A program made the position numbers and the translations under genes. The notes below the pieces were generated by a model. The model saw nothing but the letters and a program-made list of their open reading frames with translations. It did not search any database and was not told the origin of the DNA. Below, in pieces: positions 1 through 11,753 of a stretch of 64,000 bases of DNA. Location: NCBI GenBank assembly GCA_013239625.1, contig MU053379.1, positions 2,772,866 to 2,836,865 of the forward strand, written 5' to 3'. Source of the DNA: Lama guanicoe (Eukaryota). Numbering within the stretch: the stretch's first letter is position 1; the number at the start of each line of letters is the position of its first letter.

Positions 1-890
1 TCCGGGACCTGGCGGCCGGCTCTGCGGCGGTGACGCGCAGTTCAGGCCGGGCGGTGGCTCGAGGGCCCGGAAGGCCGCTGCGAATCCGGGAGAGGGGTCC
101 GCGGCCGACTGGGGACGCCGTGAGGGCGCTGACAACGCCCCCTCGCGCCTCCCGCGTCTCCAAAGGCGCCGCTCGCCGCGGGGTGAGATTTCGGACCATC
201 CTGTCCTCGCCTCTCAGGAGCTTAGGGGCTGCCTGGATCCGGCGACGTCCCACAGGGCAATTCCTTGGCCGTTATTCCCTGCCTTAGCGCTTATTTCCAT
301 GCTTCGTGCTTTCTAGCAACTCCCTGGCGCTAAACTCCTGCGTCCGGGGTCACAGTAAACCCCCACGCGTTCCCCGACAGCAGCCTAGAGCTGCAGGACT
401 GGAGAGCTTAGAGCGCCCGCGGCCTCCGGCTCCGGAGGCAGAACCCACTGCGGAGACTTCGAGGACCTGAGGCAAAAAGGCCGCCGCATTTTGCCAGAGC
501 GCTGGCCCGAACCCCACAGGAAGGGGAGGAGTCGCCTGGGGCCTGGGAAGGACACTTCAGGGGTCCTGTCTGGGCTCCCTCTTCTCGCCTACTCCCCTGA
601 AGCTCCCCTGGAGGAGGCAAATTAGCGCTCAGCGATTCCCCAGCCCAACGCCACGCACCCCTACCCGGAATCGCAGTGCGCAAAGGCCGGCCGCAGCGGC
701 GCAAAGTGGTGGCGCTTTGCTCTCTAAGAGGAAGGCTAATTTCTCGACTCAGTGTCCGCATGCCCGCGGGCGCGCAGATTCTGAGAAATAAACTCACGCA
801 AAAGACGGCGGAAACCCACGACCAGGAGCAAGAGTGCACGGTCCTTGGCGGCTGCTGGTGTGTGCGGGAGCGCCGGCCGCCTCATTCTTC
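1..890. promoter_or_regulatory. Upstream CpG island (runs off the left edge of the window)
   Basis: Very GC-rich with dense CpG by eye; switches abruptly to AT-rich sequence at about 900. Confidence 0.75.
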
Positions 891-3029
891 CCCAGCCCTA
901 GGTTATGAAATTAGTTTCTAATACTTGGACATTTCAAGTGTTCATTTGTTTTGACCGTACCTGTCTGAAAGCAAACTTCATTTTCGCTGGCAAGACTAGA
1001 AACCACAAATAAAGAAAAGGAAACGGATCCATTGAATCTCAGTATTTCAATAGTGTTCAATAGATTCTCCTGGCTTAATTCAGAGTCCTGTTTGAATTAG
1101 CTGCATTCAGGCAGGGGTTTTGTTTTGTTTTTTTGCACCACCACCTCCCCACCCACCCCCACCCCCGCCCTCTTTACAATTATGGGTGGTGTTACTTTTA
1201 AAGGATTCACAAGGTGACTAACTCTCCCTGTTATCTGTTGAATGAAAGGGCTGTTACACATGCAAGACCAAATACCCTGCAGTCAGTTGGGGATGGCAGG
1301 CCGAGCCCCCCCCCCATTATTCCACAATCCAGATGGGATTCGTGATTAGAAAATAAAATTGGCCAAAGCTGTCCCGGAATCCCTTTTCCCACTTCTAATT
1401 TCATCAGCAATATCAAGCAGCGCTCAAAAGAGCAAGGAAGTAACACCAGTTACTTTTCGACTGAAAGATAAATACAAATTTTAGATAAACTCATTTTAAG
1501 GTTTCTAACTTTTTTCAGGACTTGCATTTATTGTAGTTAGCATTTTTAAAACGAGGGTGAGCGCTTCCAAAATATACTCCATTATATGTATTCTTCTTTT
1601 TTCAGTCTGAGGTTTTTGGGTTTTTTTAAGTCACAAACATAAAATCACCAAATATCTTTCCCCTTGATTAACTAACTTGATTAACTCTAACCACTGTCCT
1701 CAGCACAACTTATTATTCATGTGTACTCTATGAAAAAAAACTCATTTTCACGCCAGGGTATTTTCAGAGGGAAAATCCAAAACAATTAAATACCTTCAGT
1801 GGAATTAAACATAAGCAAAACTCAGCAAAATCTATCTGGGTGCACAGAGCTTCGCAGAGAAAATGTCTGTTTCCTTCTTTTTCAGTAAAGTGACGTTTTC
1901 CTCACAACACATTTATGCGGCTTTGCTGTTCCCCAGTCATGGCCCAGGGCCACTACGCACGCACTCTTGGGGTTCTGGCCTCGGCCCCGCAAGGTTCTGC
2001 CTTTTGTGTTTCCTTGGGGCTGGGCTGGGAAGAGACTGGAGGCAAAGGGCCCAGTCTGGGTCCAAACGGGGCGGCGAGGCGGGTTGGATTTTCACTGTTG
2101 TCTTTTCCTGGTGGCACGGGGGGAGGCGGCTTGTCCTCTCCCAGGCCGCAGCCTGCCTCGGAGGACAGATTGCCCCCCTCCCCCCGGTCGGCAGCACGCG
2201 CCTCTTTTGAGTCCAGATTGGCCGCAACCGGCGCTCAATAGCGGGAGGTTAATTTCCTTCACAAAGGTGAAGGGGGCACGGCTCCGGGGGGCCCCGCGCC
2301 CAGACAGGCGGCCCCTTTATTCCGCAGCGCCTTGATTGGAGCCCTTGATTTAGCATCTGATGTCAACCGGGGAACAAAATGCCCGCTCCGAATGAAAATG
2401 CATGAGGCCGCGCAAGGAGAGCGGAAACCAACTTCACTGGGGCGCACGCGGCTTACGGCGCTTTTCGGGCTTTGGCCAACTCCACCCAAATCAAACCAGC
2501 CCTGGGCGACGCGGAGGCTCCCAGCGGCCTGGACTCGGCCCCCCACCCCCGCAACGATGCCAATCTCGGAGCCTCCGGGAACTTAAAAAAAAAAAAGTTT
2601 AGAAATTCAAGGGTTTTTGTTTTTGCTTTTTTTAAACGCAGCCCAGCCTGCCCATACCCCCATCCAGCGCCGCGTCTGCTGGCAATTGAAGAAGTGCGGT
2701 GCCAACTGTTTCACAAACTCGAAAGAAACCTCCCCGAGGCCCGAGGGCCAGCAGGGACCGCGGACACGAACATCGCCCTCGGCTGCAACCAGAAGGCCAG
2801 ATCCTCTACCCAAACTTGGAACTCCAGAGCCCCATTTTCGCTTAGATCCTGGGTCCCGCGGTCCACCAGTCCGAGGCCCGGGTGGGGCTCTGGGCGGCCC
2901 CGGCTTTGTAGCTATTTTCGATTCTTATTTCCCAAGCGCCAGGAGGAGTTCCTGCGCCTCCCCCAACCCCTCTCCCGCCCCGGCAGCCGCGCTCAGATCT
3001 CCCCCGCGCCTGCTGCTGCCCACCGCCGC

Positions 3030-3400
3030 CCCTACCCAATCAGCGCGCACAACTTCCCCCTCCGCTCCGGCTCGCGGATTGAACCCTCCTGACATATTTG
3101 GGGCCATTCTTCTCCTTTGTTGCTATTTTGCTCGCGACCCGCGGGTAATCCCCGCGCGGGAGGGGGGCGAGCATTGTCGTGCTGATGGACGGGCCCATTT
3201 GGCGGCTCCGCGCCCCCCGGAGGAGAGACACAAAGCCCAGGCACGTGCGCCTCCCCATAGAGGAGCACCAGACCGTGAAGGGAGGCGGGGCCGGGCGTGT
3301 GCCTGGGCCGGGCGGGGCGGCGGCGCCGGGCGGGACCCCCTCCCCCAGTTAAAAGGGAGCGGCGCCCGAGCCCGGGGACAGGGACGCGCGTACAGGGCGC
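3030..3400 (+). promoter_or_regulatory. INSM1: INSM1 proximal promoter
   Basis: CCAAT 3036-3040; E-boxes CATTTG 3196-3201 and CACGTG 3242-3247; GGGCGG GC-boxes at about 3285-3335; TATA-like TTAAAA 3349-3354, implying a TSS near 3380-3395. E-box control of INSM1 by NEUROD1/NEUROG3 and MYCN is established in human and mouse. Confidence 0.7.
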
Positions 3401-3455
3401 AGAGCGGGCTGAGCCGCCGCCGGCGCCACGCGAGTCCCGCCGTCGCGCCCGGGCC

Positions 3456-3473
3456 ATGGGCCGGGGGCACTGA
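3456..3473 (+). other. Upstream ORF MGRGH* in the INSM1 5' leader
   Basis: GCC ATG GGC CGG GGG CAC TGA; strong Kozak context; out of frame with, and ending 64 nt before, the main ATG. Confidence 0.65.
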
Positions 3474-3537
3474 GGGCCGCGGGGGCCGAGCGCGGAGGTG
3501 GGACCGAGCCAGCGCCGCGCCTTCGCGCCGCGCCACC

Positions 3538-4961
3538 ATGCCCCGCGGCTTCCTGGTGAAGCGCAGCAAGAAGTCCACGCCCGTGTCCTACCGGGTCCGC
3601 GGCGGCGAGGACGGCGGCCCCGCACTGCTGCTCTCGCCGAGCTGCGGGGGCGCCCGCGCCTCGCCCCCGGCGCCGAGTCCCGGGCCAGGCCCGCTGCCGC
3701 CGCCGCTGCCGNNNNNNNNNNNNNNNNNNNNNNNNNNNNNNNNNNNNNNNNNNNNNNNNNNNNNNNNNNNNNNNNNNNNNNNNNNNNNNNNNNNNNNNNN
3801 NNNNNNNNNNNNNNNNNNNNNNNNNNNNNNNNNNNNNNNNNNNNNNNNNNNNNNNNNNNNNNNNNNNNNNNNNNNNNNNNNNNNNNNNNNNNNNNNNNNN
3901 NNNNNNNNNNNNNNNNNNNNNNNNNNNNNNNNNNNNNNNNNNNNNNNNNNNNNNNNNNNNNNNNNNNNNNNNNNNNNNNNNNNNNNNNNNNNNNNNNNNN
4001 NNNNNNNNNNNNNNNNNNNNNNNNNGCGCCCCCCGCCGCCGCCGCCGCCGAGCCTTCCGCCAAGGTAGCCAAGGCCCCGGGCGCCAAGAAGCCCAAAGCC
4101 ATCCGCAAGCTGCACTTCGAGGACGAGGTGACCACGTCGCCCGTGCTGGGGCTCAAGATCAAGGAGGGTCCGGTGGAGGCCCCGCGGGGCCGCGCGGGGG
4201 GCACGGCGCGGCCGCTGGGCGAGTTCATCTGCCAGCTCTGCAAGGAGGAGTACGCCGACCCGTTCGCCCTGGCGCAGCACAAGTGCTCGCGCATCGTGCG
4301 CGTGGAGTACCGCTGCCCGGAGTGCGCCAAGGTCTTCAGCTGCCCGGCCAACCTGGCCTCGCACCGCCGCTGGCACAAACCGCGGCCTGCACCCGCCGCC
4401 GCCCGCGCGTCGGAGCCCGAAACCGCCGCCAGGGCTGAGGCGCGGGAGGCGACGGGCGGCGGCGGCAGCGACCGCGACACGCCGAGCCCAGGCGGCGTGT
4501 CCGAGTCGGGCTCCGAGGACGGGCTCTGCGAGTGCCACCACTGCGCCAAGAAGTTCCGCCGCCAGGCCTATCTGCGCAAGCACCTGCTGGCGCACCACCA
4601 GGCGCTGCAGGCCAAGGGCGCGCCGCCGGCGCCCCCCGCCGAGGACCTACTGGCCTTGTACCCCGGGCCCGACGAGAAGGCGCCTCAGGAGGCAGCCGGC
4701 GACAGCGAGGCGGCCGGCGTGCTGGGCCTGAGTGCGTCCGCCGAGTGCCACCTGTGCCCGGTGTGCGGGGAGACGTTCCCCAGCAAGGGCGCCCAGGAGC
4801 GCCACCTGCGTCTGCTGCACGCCGCCCAGGTGTTCCCCTGCAAGTACTGCCCGGCCACCTTCTACAGCTCTCCTGGCCTCACGCGGCACATCAATAAATG
4901 CCACCCATCCGAGAACAGACAAGTGATTCTCCTGCAGGTGCCCGTGCGTCCTGCCTGCTAG
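3538..4961 (+). CDS. INSM1: Insulinoma-associated protein 1 (SNAG-domain C2H2 zinc-finger repressor), intronless; middle part hidden by an N gap
   Basis: GCCACC-ATG then SNAG motif [12 protein letters not shown] and a Pro-rich segment; after the gap [23 protein letters not shown], five zinc fingers (FICQLC..HKC, YRCPEC..HRRWH, ECHHC..HLLAHH, HLCPVC..HLRLLH, FPCKYC..HINKCH) and C-terminus [11 protein letters not shown]. The two halves fall in different ORF-track frames only because the gap length is an estimate. Confidence 0.98.
3712..4025. other. Assembly gap (314 N) inside the INSM1 CDS
   Basis: Run of N flanked by GCC/CCG repeats in extremely GC-rich sequence. Confidence 1.
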
Positions 4962-6090
4962 AGCGCGCCCTCCGCCTCGGCCCCCCGAACTGTGCCTTCG
5001 CCTGGAGACCCACGAAGAGAGCGCGCCCTGACCCCGCTTCCGCGCCAGGGCGCCCACCCCTGGTGAAAGTGTCGTCTCAGCTTCTCTCGGTGTGGCGTGA
5101 CGGTAACCCCGATCCTCCCTCTCGTTGTGACTCCTTTTGGACCCCCCATCCCTTTGCGTTGTGTCCCCTTCCCCCCTCCCTCCATGGCGCAACAGGAGCC
5201 AATCTCGTTCTGTACAGGGGAGAAAAGCTGTGCGCGTCTGTCTCGCGGGTGGAAGCCGCCCCTTGGAGGGGATATGTTTCTCTTGCTAGTATTCGCTGTG
5301 TTCATGGTCTAGAAATGCGGTTTGCTCTCGCCTACCAATCTCTGCTCTCTGTGTACGTAGCGTACGGGTTGTTTTGGGTGAATCTTGAGGAATAAATGCC
5401 TTTATACTTCACAGGCTGTAAATTGAACTTCCCACACGATTAGCTTTATTATGGCTTGTGAACTGCTGGAGTCTGGCTTTACCTTTTTGTATGTGAACAA
5501 ATCAAATTGCTTAAAAAAAGAGTTTTCTTTAGTTTAGCCGCAAATGCCTTGAACTGTGTCCGTTTGGGATTGTCCTGGGGGGAGGGAAGGGGCTTTTCAG
5601 AAGATGCTGTAGAAACTGCCTCAATGTTCCACGTAAGACTTTGGGTTTGATCATCTTTGTTGAGGTAGGAATATATGAGTTCCCTCCAAATGTATATGTT
5701 GATTTATGAGTAATTGTTATTTATTCTTTATTTATTTATATTAATTATGAAGATTATGATATTATTTGATTACAGTTTTTTGGTGCGCTTTCCCCTCCCC
5801 CCAACACTCTTGCCATTTCACTGTGCATTTTAGAAGAGAGCCTTTTTCTAAAGGGATCTGCTAAAAGTTTTAACTTTTATACCTATCTGAGCGAATTACA
5901 GACAACCTACCATTTTATTCTGCTCGGAGGGCCCCTGGGGCCCTCACGTAACTGACAGCTCTTACTTTTAAATGCAATCTCTTTTCTACATACATTATTT
6001 TCTTAATTGTTAGCTATTTATAGAAAGCTTCAATAGAACTGTTTCAACTGTATAACTATTTACTATTCAAATAAAGTATTTTCAAAGTCA
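4962..6090 (+). other. INSM1: INSM1 3' UTR
   Basis: Follows the TAG; AU-rich tract with ATTTA repeats at about 5700-5770; AATAAA at 5391-5396 and 6070-6075. Confidence 0.75.
6070..6075 (+). terminator. INSM1: Probable main INSM1 polyadenylation signal
   Basis: AATAAA at the end of the AU-rich block, about 1.1 kb past the stop, with upstream TGTA; fits the roughly 2.8-kb human mRNA. Confidence 0.7.
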
Positions 6091-9000
6091 AAGTAAGGTG
6101 GACTTATTTCTGCATCACGTGGTTCCAACGAGGATTTGAAATAGGGCTTCCAATGATTTCTTAAATGTGTCCGTATTGTTTACTAAGAAGAACACCGCTT
6201 TCCCTGGGACCGAGGCTTTGTAGGGCTGAGCCTGGTCTGCGGGTTCTGCCCTTTGGCGGTTCAAGGGTACAACTCAAAATGGCTAACCAGAGCTGAAGTC
6301 TCCTTAGGGGCCCTTAGGAGTGTGCTGGAAGGTGCAGGTGAGAAGGAAGACTGTGCGAATCTTTTTCAGGGAAATCTAGATAAATGTCCACAAGACCCTA
6401 CCCTTTAAACCCAGGGGCTGTAGGAACAGCACTGTAACTTAGCAGATCTTTTTCCTCTCCTGACGGTCTGGGGCTCAGTGTAACAGTCATTCTTCAGATA
6501 AAGTGGGTAATTTTTGATCCTTAAGTATCAACTCAAAGGAAGTAGAAATGATTTTTATGGTCAGATTTCCAAAGTAAAGGAATCAGACCCATTCCCATTT
6601 GGATGCAACAGAAGTGGAGCAACTGGGTTTGGGATGAGGGCTCGGAAATAATTTTCCAGTCAGGTAAGCAGTCCATTTGGGGGGAACCTGGAACACCATC
6701 TGTTTGGGTATTAAATTTAATAACGGTAATTACAGTGTTTCCCGTTACGTGTCACAAAGCTCTTTGAAGAACAGTTCTGACACTCACCAGCTAATATTTT
6801 GAGTTGTTTTTCTGTGTCTTTGAAACACTCGATTACCCAGCTGTGCCAAACATCACCGTCGTGCCTGCCCTGCCCTTCGTGGTGTGTTTCTGCCGCTCTT
6901 CTCCCGGGGCTCAGGAAATCTAAGGTTTGCCCAGCCGAGAGCATTTAGAAGTCTGCATGGGGGGGGCTGCCTTTCCGAGGGCGCAGCTGGCGTGACCATG
7001 GGCAGAGCACTAGGTGAGAAACACGGAAGGAAAATGTGACGCAAGACTGAGCCTGGAGTTCTGTGTGGGAGAGGGTTTAGTAAAAGGCTCAGCCGCCAGG
7101 CACAGGGAACATTCCTCCCTTTGTGAGGCTCTTGAAACACAGCAACAATGAAGGGGCGGCTGGCCCAGGTGAGCCTCCAGGACAAACTGCAGCCCTTTTA
7201 TCGGTGATGACTGACTTCTGCCAGTTTGGAAAGTAACACGGGGAGACGGGAGCTCAGCGCAGCCCGACGTAAAAGCGCAGGGACAAAGGTGTGTTCAGAA
7301 CATTCTGGAAACTTTGGCACAACGAAAAACTCAAATTTGTGGGCTGAGGATTGCTCCCTCTGAGCAACAATTAGTTTTTTTTTTTTAATGCTTTCTCTGA
7401 AGTACGCCGCCCAATAAAAGGTCCCTCTTCCCGAGGGTCAGTGTGTGTTCTCTGCCAAAAAAAGTTTCCTTGAAAACCTGCTGGTGGGCCTGCAGGGCCG
7501 GCATCCTGGCGTCTGCGTTTGGCTCACTTTTTCTTGTCCGTCGTCCCTCGTGAGTGTCAGTAAGACTTCGTTGTTCGCTCCTTGTCCCCCGTGGAAATTT
7601 ACTTCCATTGATCAAACAGAGCTTTTCTAAAATAGAACCCCAAATTTCATGAAATGGGGCAGTTAAGGAGCGTGCTGAAGCTGACTGAACAGTGCAGAAG
7701 GGACAGCAAAACGTCCCAGCTGATTTCAGGGTGACATGGTGTGAGTTAGCAGGCTGCTCCACAGGGAGGAAATGACATTCTCTCTCTCTTTTTAATCCCT
7801 CCTTGGATAAGTTTGTAAGGGCCCCTAATACAGAACACCCAGTGGGAATGCACCCACCTTCTTTACAGGTGTGCGAAGGATGCTGAGGACGTCCTGTGTG
7901 AACGAGGCTGCTCCATACTTGGACCCCCACCGGCAGATGCCGGCCACGCAGGACAGTTCGGCCTGGGCGAGGAGGGTGGGAGCCTGTGCTGGGGCACGTG
8001 TCCTTTCCGTGTGGCACCGTCACTATCAGCTGGTCCGAGGCTCTTCTCCGGCTTGGCTCCGGGAGCCTGGGTCACATGGAGGAGGCAGCCCCTCCGGGGT
8101 AACCTGTGAGCAAGGTCAGAGGCACCCCCACCAGCTGTCCGCAGTGACCCCGGCCTGGCGCAGAGCAGAGCAAAGCCAGGGGCTGCCTGGGCCCTGGCCT
8201 CACTATGTCGGGGTGCCCTGCAGAGACCTGGGGGCACCAGGCTAGGCGGGGCAACACCAGTCTCCAGGTGCCCGTTGCCCCATGTGTCTGTGCCCAGAGG
8301 CTGCCGATGAGGGTGCCCAGCCCTCAGGTGCCACCACCACATCCAGGGCAGCTGCCTCCTCCCACCAGCCACCCCTCCACCCCCTTGGACTTAATTCCAC
8401 AGACATCCCAGAAGCAGGAGAATCTTTTAACGTGCCTGCAGCTGTAGATAACACCATAGGAATTCTTCACCACCAGATGTCTCGCAGAAGAGAAATTTCT
8501 AGAAGCAGCTTGGGCAAACCCCTGGGCTTCCTCTAGGCCTGTCTCCTCATCTCTGAACCAGAGAATGGGCTTCTGTGACGCACAGTGAGACTTTGGGCGA
8601 GGATTCCCTAGACTGAGACAGAAGGCAGCGGGGACCCCAGAGGGAGTGGGGGTTGCATAGGCGGGAGGAGCCCCACGCTGCAGGAGGAGCCCTACACTGC
8701 GGGAGGAGCTCTGCACTGTTCAGGCTCAGCTGTAAACCCGCTGGCCTGTGGCAGGCAGGCTTTGAGCAAAACTTGTGATCGTCTTGCAGAAGGGACGTCT
8801 TGGTCTCGCGGAGACATTTTGGGGCAAATAGACCCTAGTGTGTGGGATAAGTTATAGTCATACAGACGCATGGTGTGCGCGTCGCCCAAGCAGCCTGTTA
8901 CGGGACCAGGTTAAGTTACCGTCCTTTGCTGGTGAGGCTAGAGAGCCTTGCTGTTTGGTAGTTCAAAGTCCACATTGTGGCATTTGGAGAAGCTCGAGGA

Positions 9001-11535
9001 GGAAACTGAGTTGTAGAGAGGAACCCACAAGGTGGCAAAGTGCACGCACGTGAGAGAATCAACTGAACAGCAACGTGCAAGGATACTGACTCCATCTGAT
9101 GGCCAAGGTGGCACCCAGGCATGGCGTGCAGTACGGCGCGGTCTGAGGACACTTAGCATTCTACTCCTGAGTTATGCAAACATCTGATTAATGGTTTGGC
9201 ACTATAACCTTAAAGTAACAGCTGAGAGTCCCGCTGGGCTGAGAGAGAGGGCCACCAAATGCAATCTTCTTGATACTGAAGAAGCTGTGTTTCTCTATCG
9301 CCAACCTGCAGCATTAAATGCCGTACTTGCAGGGAAGGGCTGGCACGCTCGTTACCCCTGGGTGGCACCTGGCGGCCGGCTCTAACCGGCACGTGGGCAT
9401 CGCAGAGGGAAGTTCACCCTCTGAAGGGCTGCTTCTGGTCCTGGCTCTTCCTCCTGTCCCCCGGCACCTCTGGCAGCCAAGGCTCCCAAGTGAGGCCAGG
9501 TACGTTGAGTCCACAGGAGGAAGGGGCCAGAGAAGGAGGCACCCACTTGCCTGATGATTTCGATGAAGAGGGAAGCCCCTTTGCACCAGAACTAGGGAGC
9601 TCCTGCCTCCTTCTGAGGTTGCTGAGGAAACAAATAACTTCCAGCCTGTCCGTCAGCATCCTCTCGTCTTGTGCAAGCAACCAGCTATAGGTTTTGGTGT
9701 CATCAAGATGATTTCCCGGTCTAGAGGATTTTCTGAAGACAAATGTGGCCTGTTCCTTTGGACAGTTCTTAGGAGGAACTTTGGGGAAAATTACCACGAG
9801 CCAGTCTGGGTCTCAGAAGGGACAGAGCCCGATGGGAGGGGTCACCAGCAAGGAGCCTGTGACAGACCTTCCTGGTGATTTCTTAGCGTGGGGTGGGGGA
9901 AACACCTTGGCTTCCAAGTTTACCACTTCCAGCAAGTTTCTGGTCACCGTGAAGGCCTGATAGGCTTCTTAGAATCATCGAACGTATCTGAGCGTGTGGT
10001 TTGACGGCAGTCACCACATTTCACTCACCCAAATACACACCCTTTCATCTGTTAAGCCCCAACTGTCATCATTTGTCTACTGCATACTTTTATCGTGGGC
10101 TTCTTCTGTTGCATCTGGAAAGTGGAATGTTCAGGGCGTGCATGCGTCCTCTGGCAGAATATATGGTGAGCAGGTGGGTTGCGGGGTCAGTGTGTTCATA
10201 TTTATCTCATTTGAAGCTTTCTAGACTGTGTGGTCTTCCTGGTGGCCTTTCCACACGAAGGTTATTCATCGGTATTTCTTCTTCAGCTCATTGCAAACTC
10301 TGGGCAAATCGGTCTTAGGACATTCTCCGTCCAGAAGTGAAACCTGCGGAGCGCTCGCTGCCAGCCAGCACATCCGAGGGCAGGATTACTGACAGCCAGT
10401 GTTCCTCGCATGTCATACTCACACTGCGTGGTGCCACCACCGTCTATAAGAAGCTCGTCCACAGAGTTTGGATTCGTGGTTCGCCAGTCCTGCCTTCCCT
10501 TTGCCAGAACCCCACTGTTCACTGTTCCTTCCACCTGGTTTGAACAGCGGGCAGAGCGTTTGTTCCACCAGTGGAAACTTCACCCTGAATCCCTTCCTCG
10601 CCTCCTCCACTCGGCAGAGAAGCCCTTTTACTTGAAGGCAGCATCTGCTCTGTCTCTTGTTCAGGATCAGGGCCCTGATGCAATGTCCCTTCTCAAATGC
10701 CACAGCCCTGGTCACACCTGATGGTGAGAGGAGGGACAGAGTGAGCCAAGAGGCTGTCATCTGTCGGATCTGATAGGAAGCAGAGGAGGGGTTCAAGCAC
10801 AGGAGGCTTCAGAGGAGGTGGGGGGGTGGAAATCAGGCTAGAATTCCCTCCAGGCACAAAGAACAGAAACGTGTGGGGAACCCGGGCTGAAACACACATG
10901 TACAATGTTGCCCTTTAAAAGCTCGTAACACCAACTGACGGCCATTCTTTTCTACTGTGATCTCTCCTGCTGTATTACGTAAAGCGAGCCTGTACCATTC
11001 CGGAATGCGGCTACACAGAGGTCGTTAATAGGGGACAGCCAGAAACCGGTAGGAATTATGTATGTGAAAAGGATCTCACTGAGGACCGTCAGGGATGAAA
11101 TGAGATGCGCCGACCCGCAGTCTCCAGGTGGCCAGACCCGGCCAGAAGCACGCTGCAGCTCATCAGGCACTTTACAGAGCAGAGGAGGCCAGCCTTCCTT
11201 CGCCCGTCTCCTGGACAGGAGACCTTTCTTGCTTCTGTGAACACTACTGCCATCCTTGGTATCTTCATGAAGGTTTTCACATGAATGTCTTGACAAATCA
11301 GCAAACCAATGATAATTTTGAATCATTTTCGGGAGACATTTACACAATTAAGGTTTCAGATTCGTATCAAAAAACTTTTTGCTCCATTAACCACAGAGAA
11401 AATCATGAACTTTCCCCTTCATATCTTCAAAATTCGGTAACTAATGTTAAAGAGAACTTAAAAAAAATTAACTGCATATTATACTCCCCTGACTTCTTTG
11501 TTGCAGCAAATGTGATTTTCTCTTCTAAGCTAAAC

Positions 11536-11753
11536 CACAGGTTGGCAAATGAATGCCCATAATCTAGCCTTGAGCCGGATTCTGTAAATAAAGTTTTATT
11601 GGGTCACAGCCACGCCCACTCACTCACCTACTGTCTTTAGCTGCTTTCATCCCTAAGTGGCAGAGTTTACTCACCGAGGTAGAGACTATTTGGCCCACAA
11701 AACCTAAAATCATTATTATTCGGCCCTTTGTAGAAAACGTTTACCAACCCCCG
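11536..11753 (+). mobile_element. MER58A-like hAT-Charlie non-autonomous DNA transposon
   Basis: Termini cacaggttggcaaa ... tttaccaacccccg (decayed CAGGGGTCGGCAAA TIR); diagnostic tgtaaataaagttttattgg..cacagccacgccca and tggccc.caaaacctaaaat. Confidence 0.85.

Larger units (their letters stand above)
1950..5110. promoter_or_regulatory. INSM1: CpG island covering the INSM1 promoter and whole coding region
   Basis: Continuous high GC and CpG density across promoter, leader and CDS. Confidence 0.9.

Noticed and set aside
2617..3537. About 300-codon stop-free in-frame extension upstream of the INSM1 ATG
   Set aside because: Starts at TTG, lies mostly upstream of the TATA-like box, and long open frames are expected in CpG islands; the SNAG domain must be at the extreme N-terminus to bind LSD1.
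3032..4598. Antisense ORFs of 505 and 336 aa over INSM1
   Set aside because: Shadows of a GC-rich CDS, inflated by the N gap; no recognisable domains.
3538..4961. INSM1 as a frameshifted pseudogene
   Set aside because: The frame change occurs only across the N gap; both flanks are intact.
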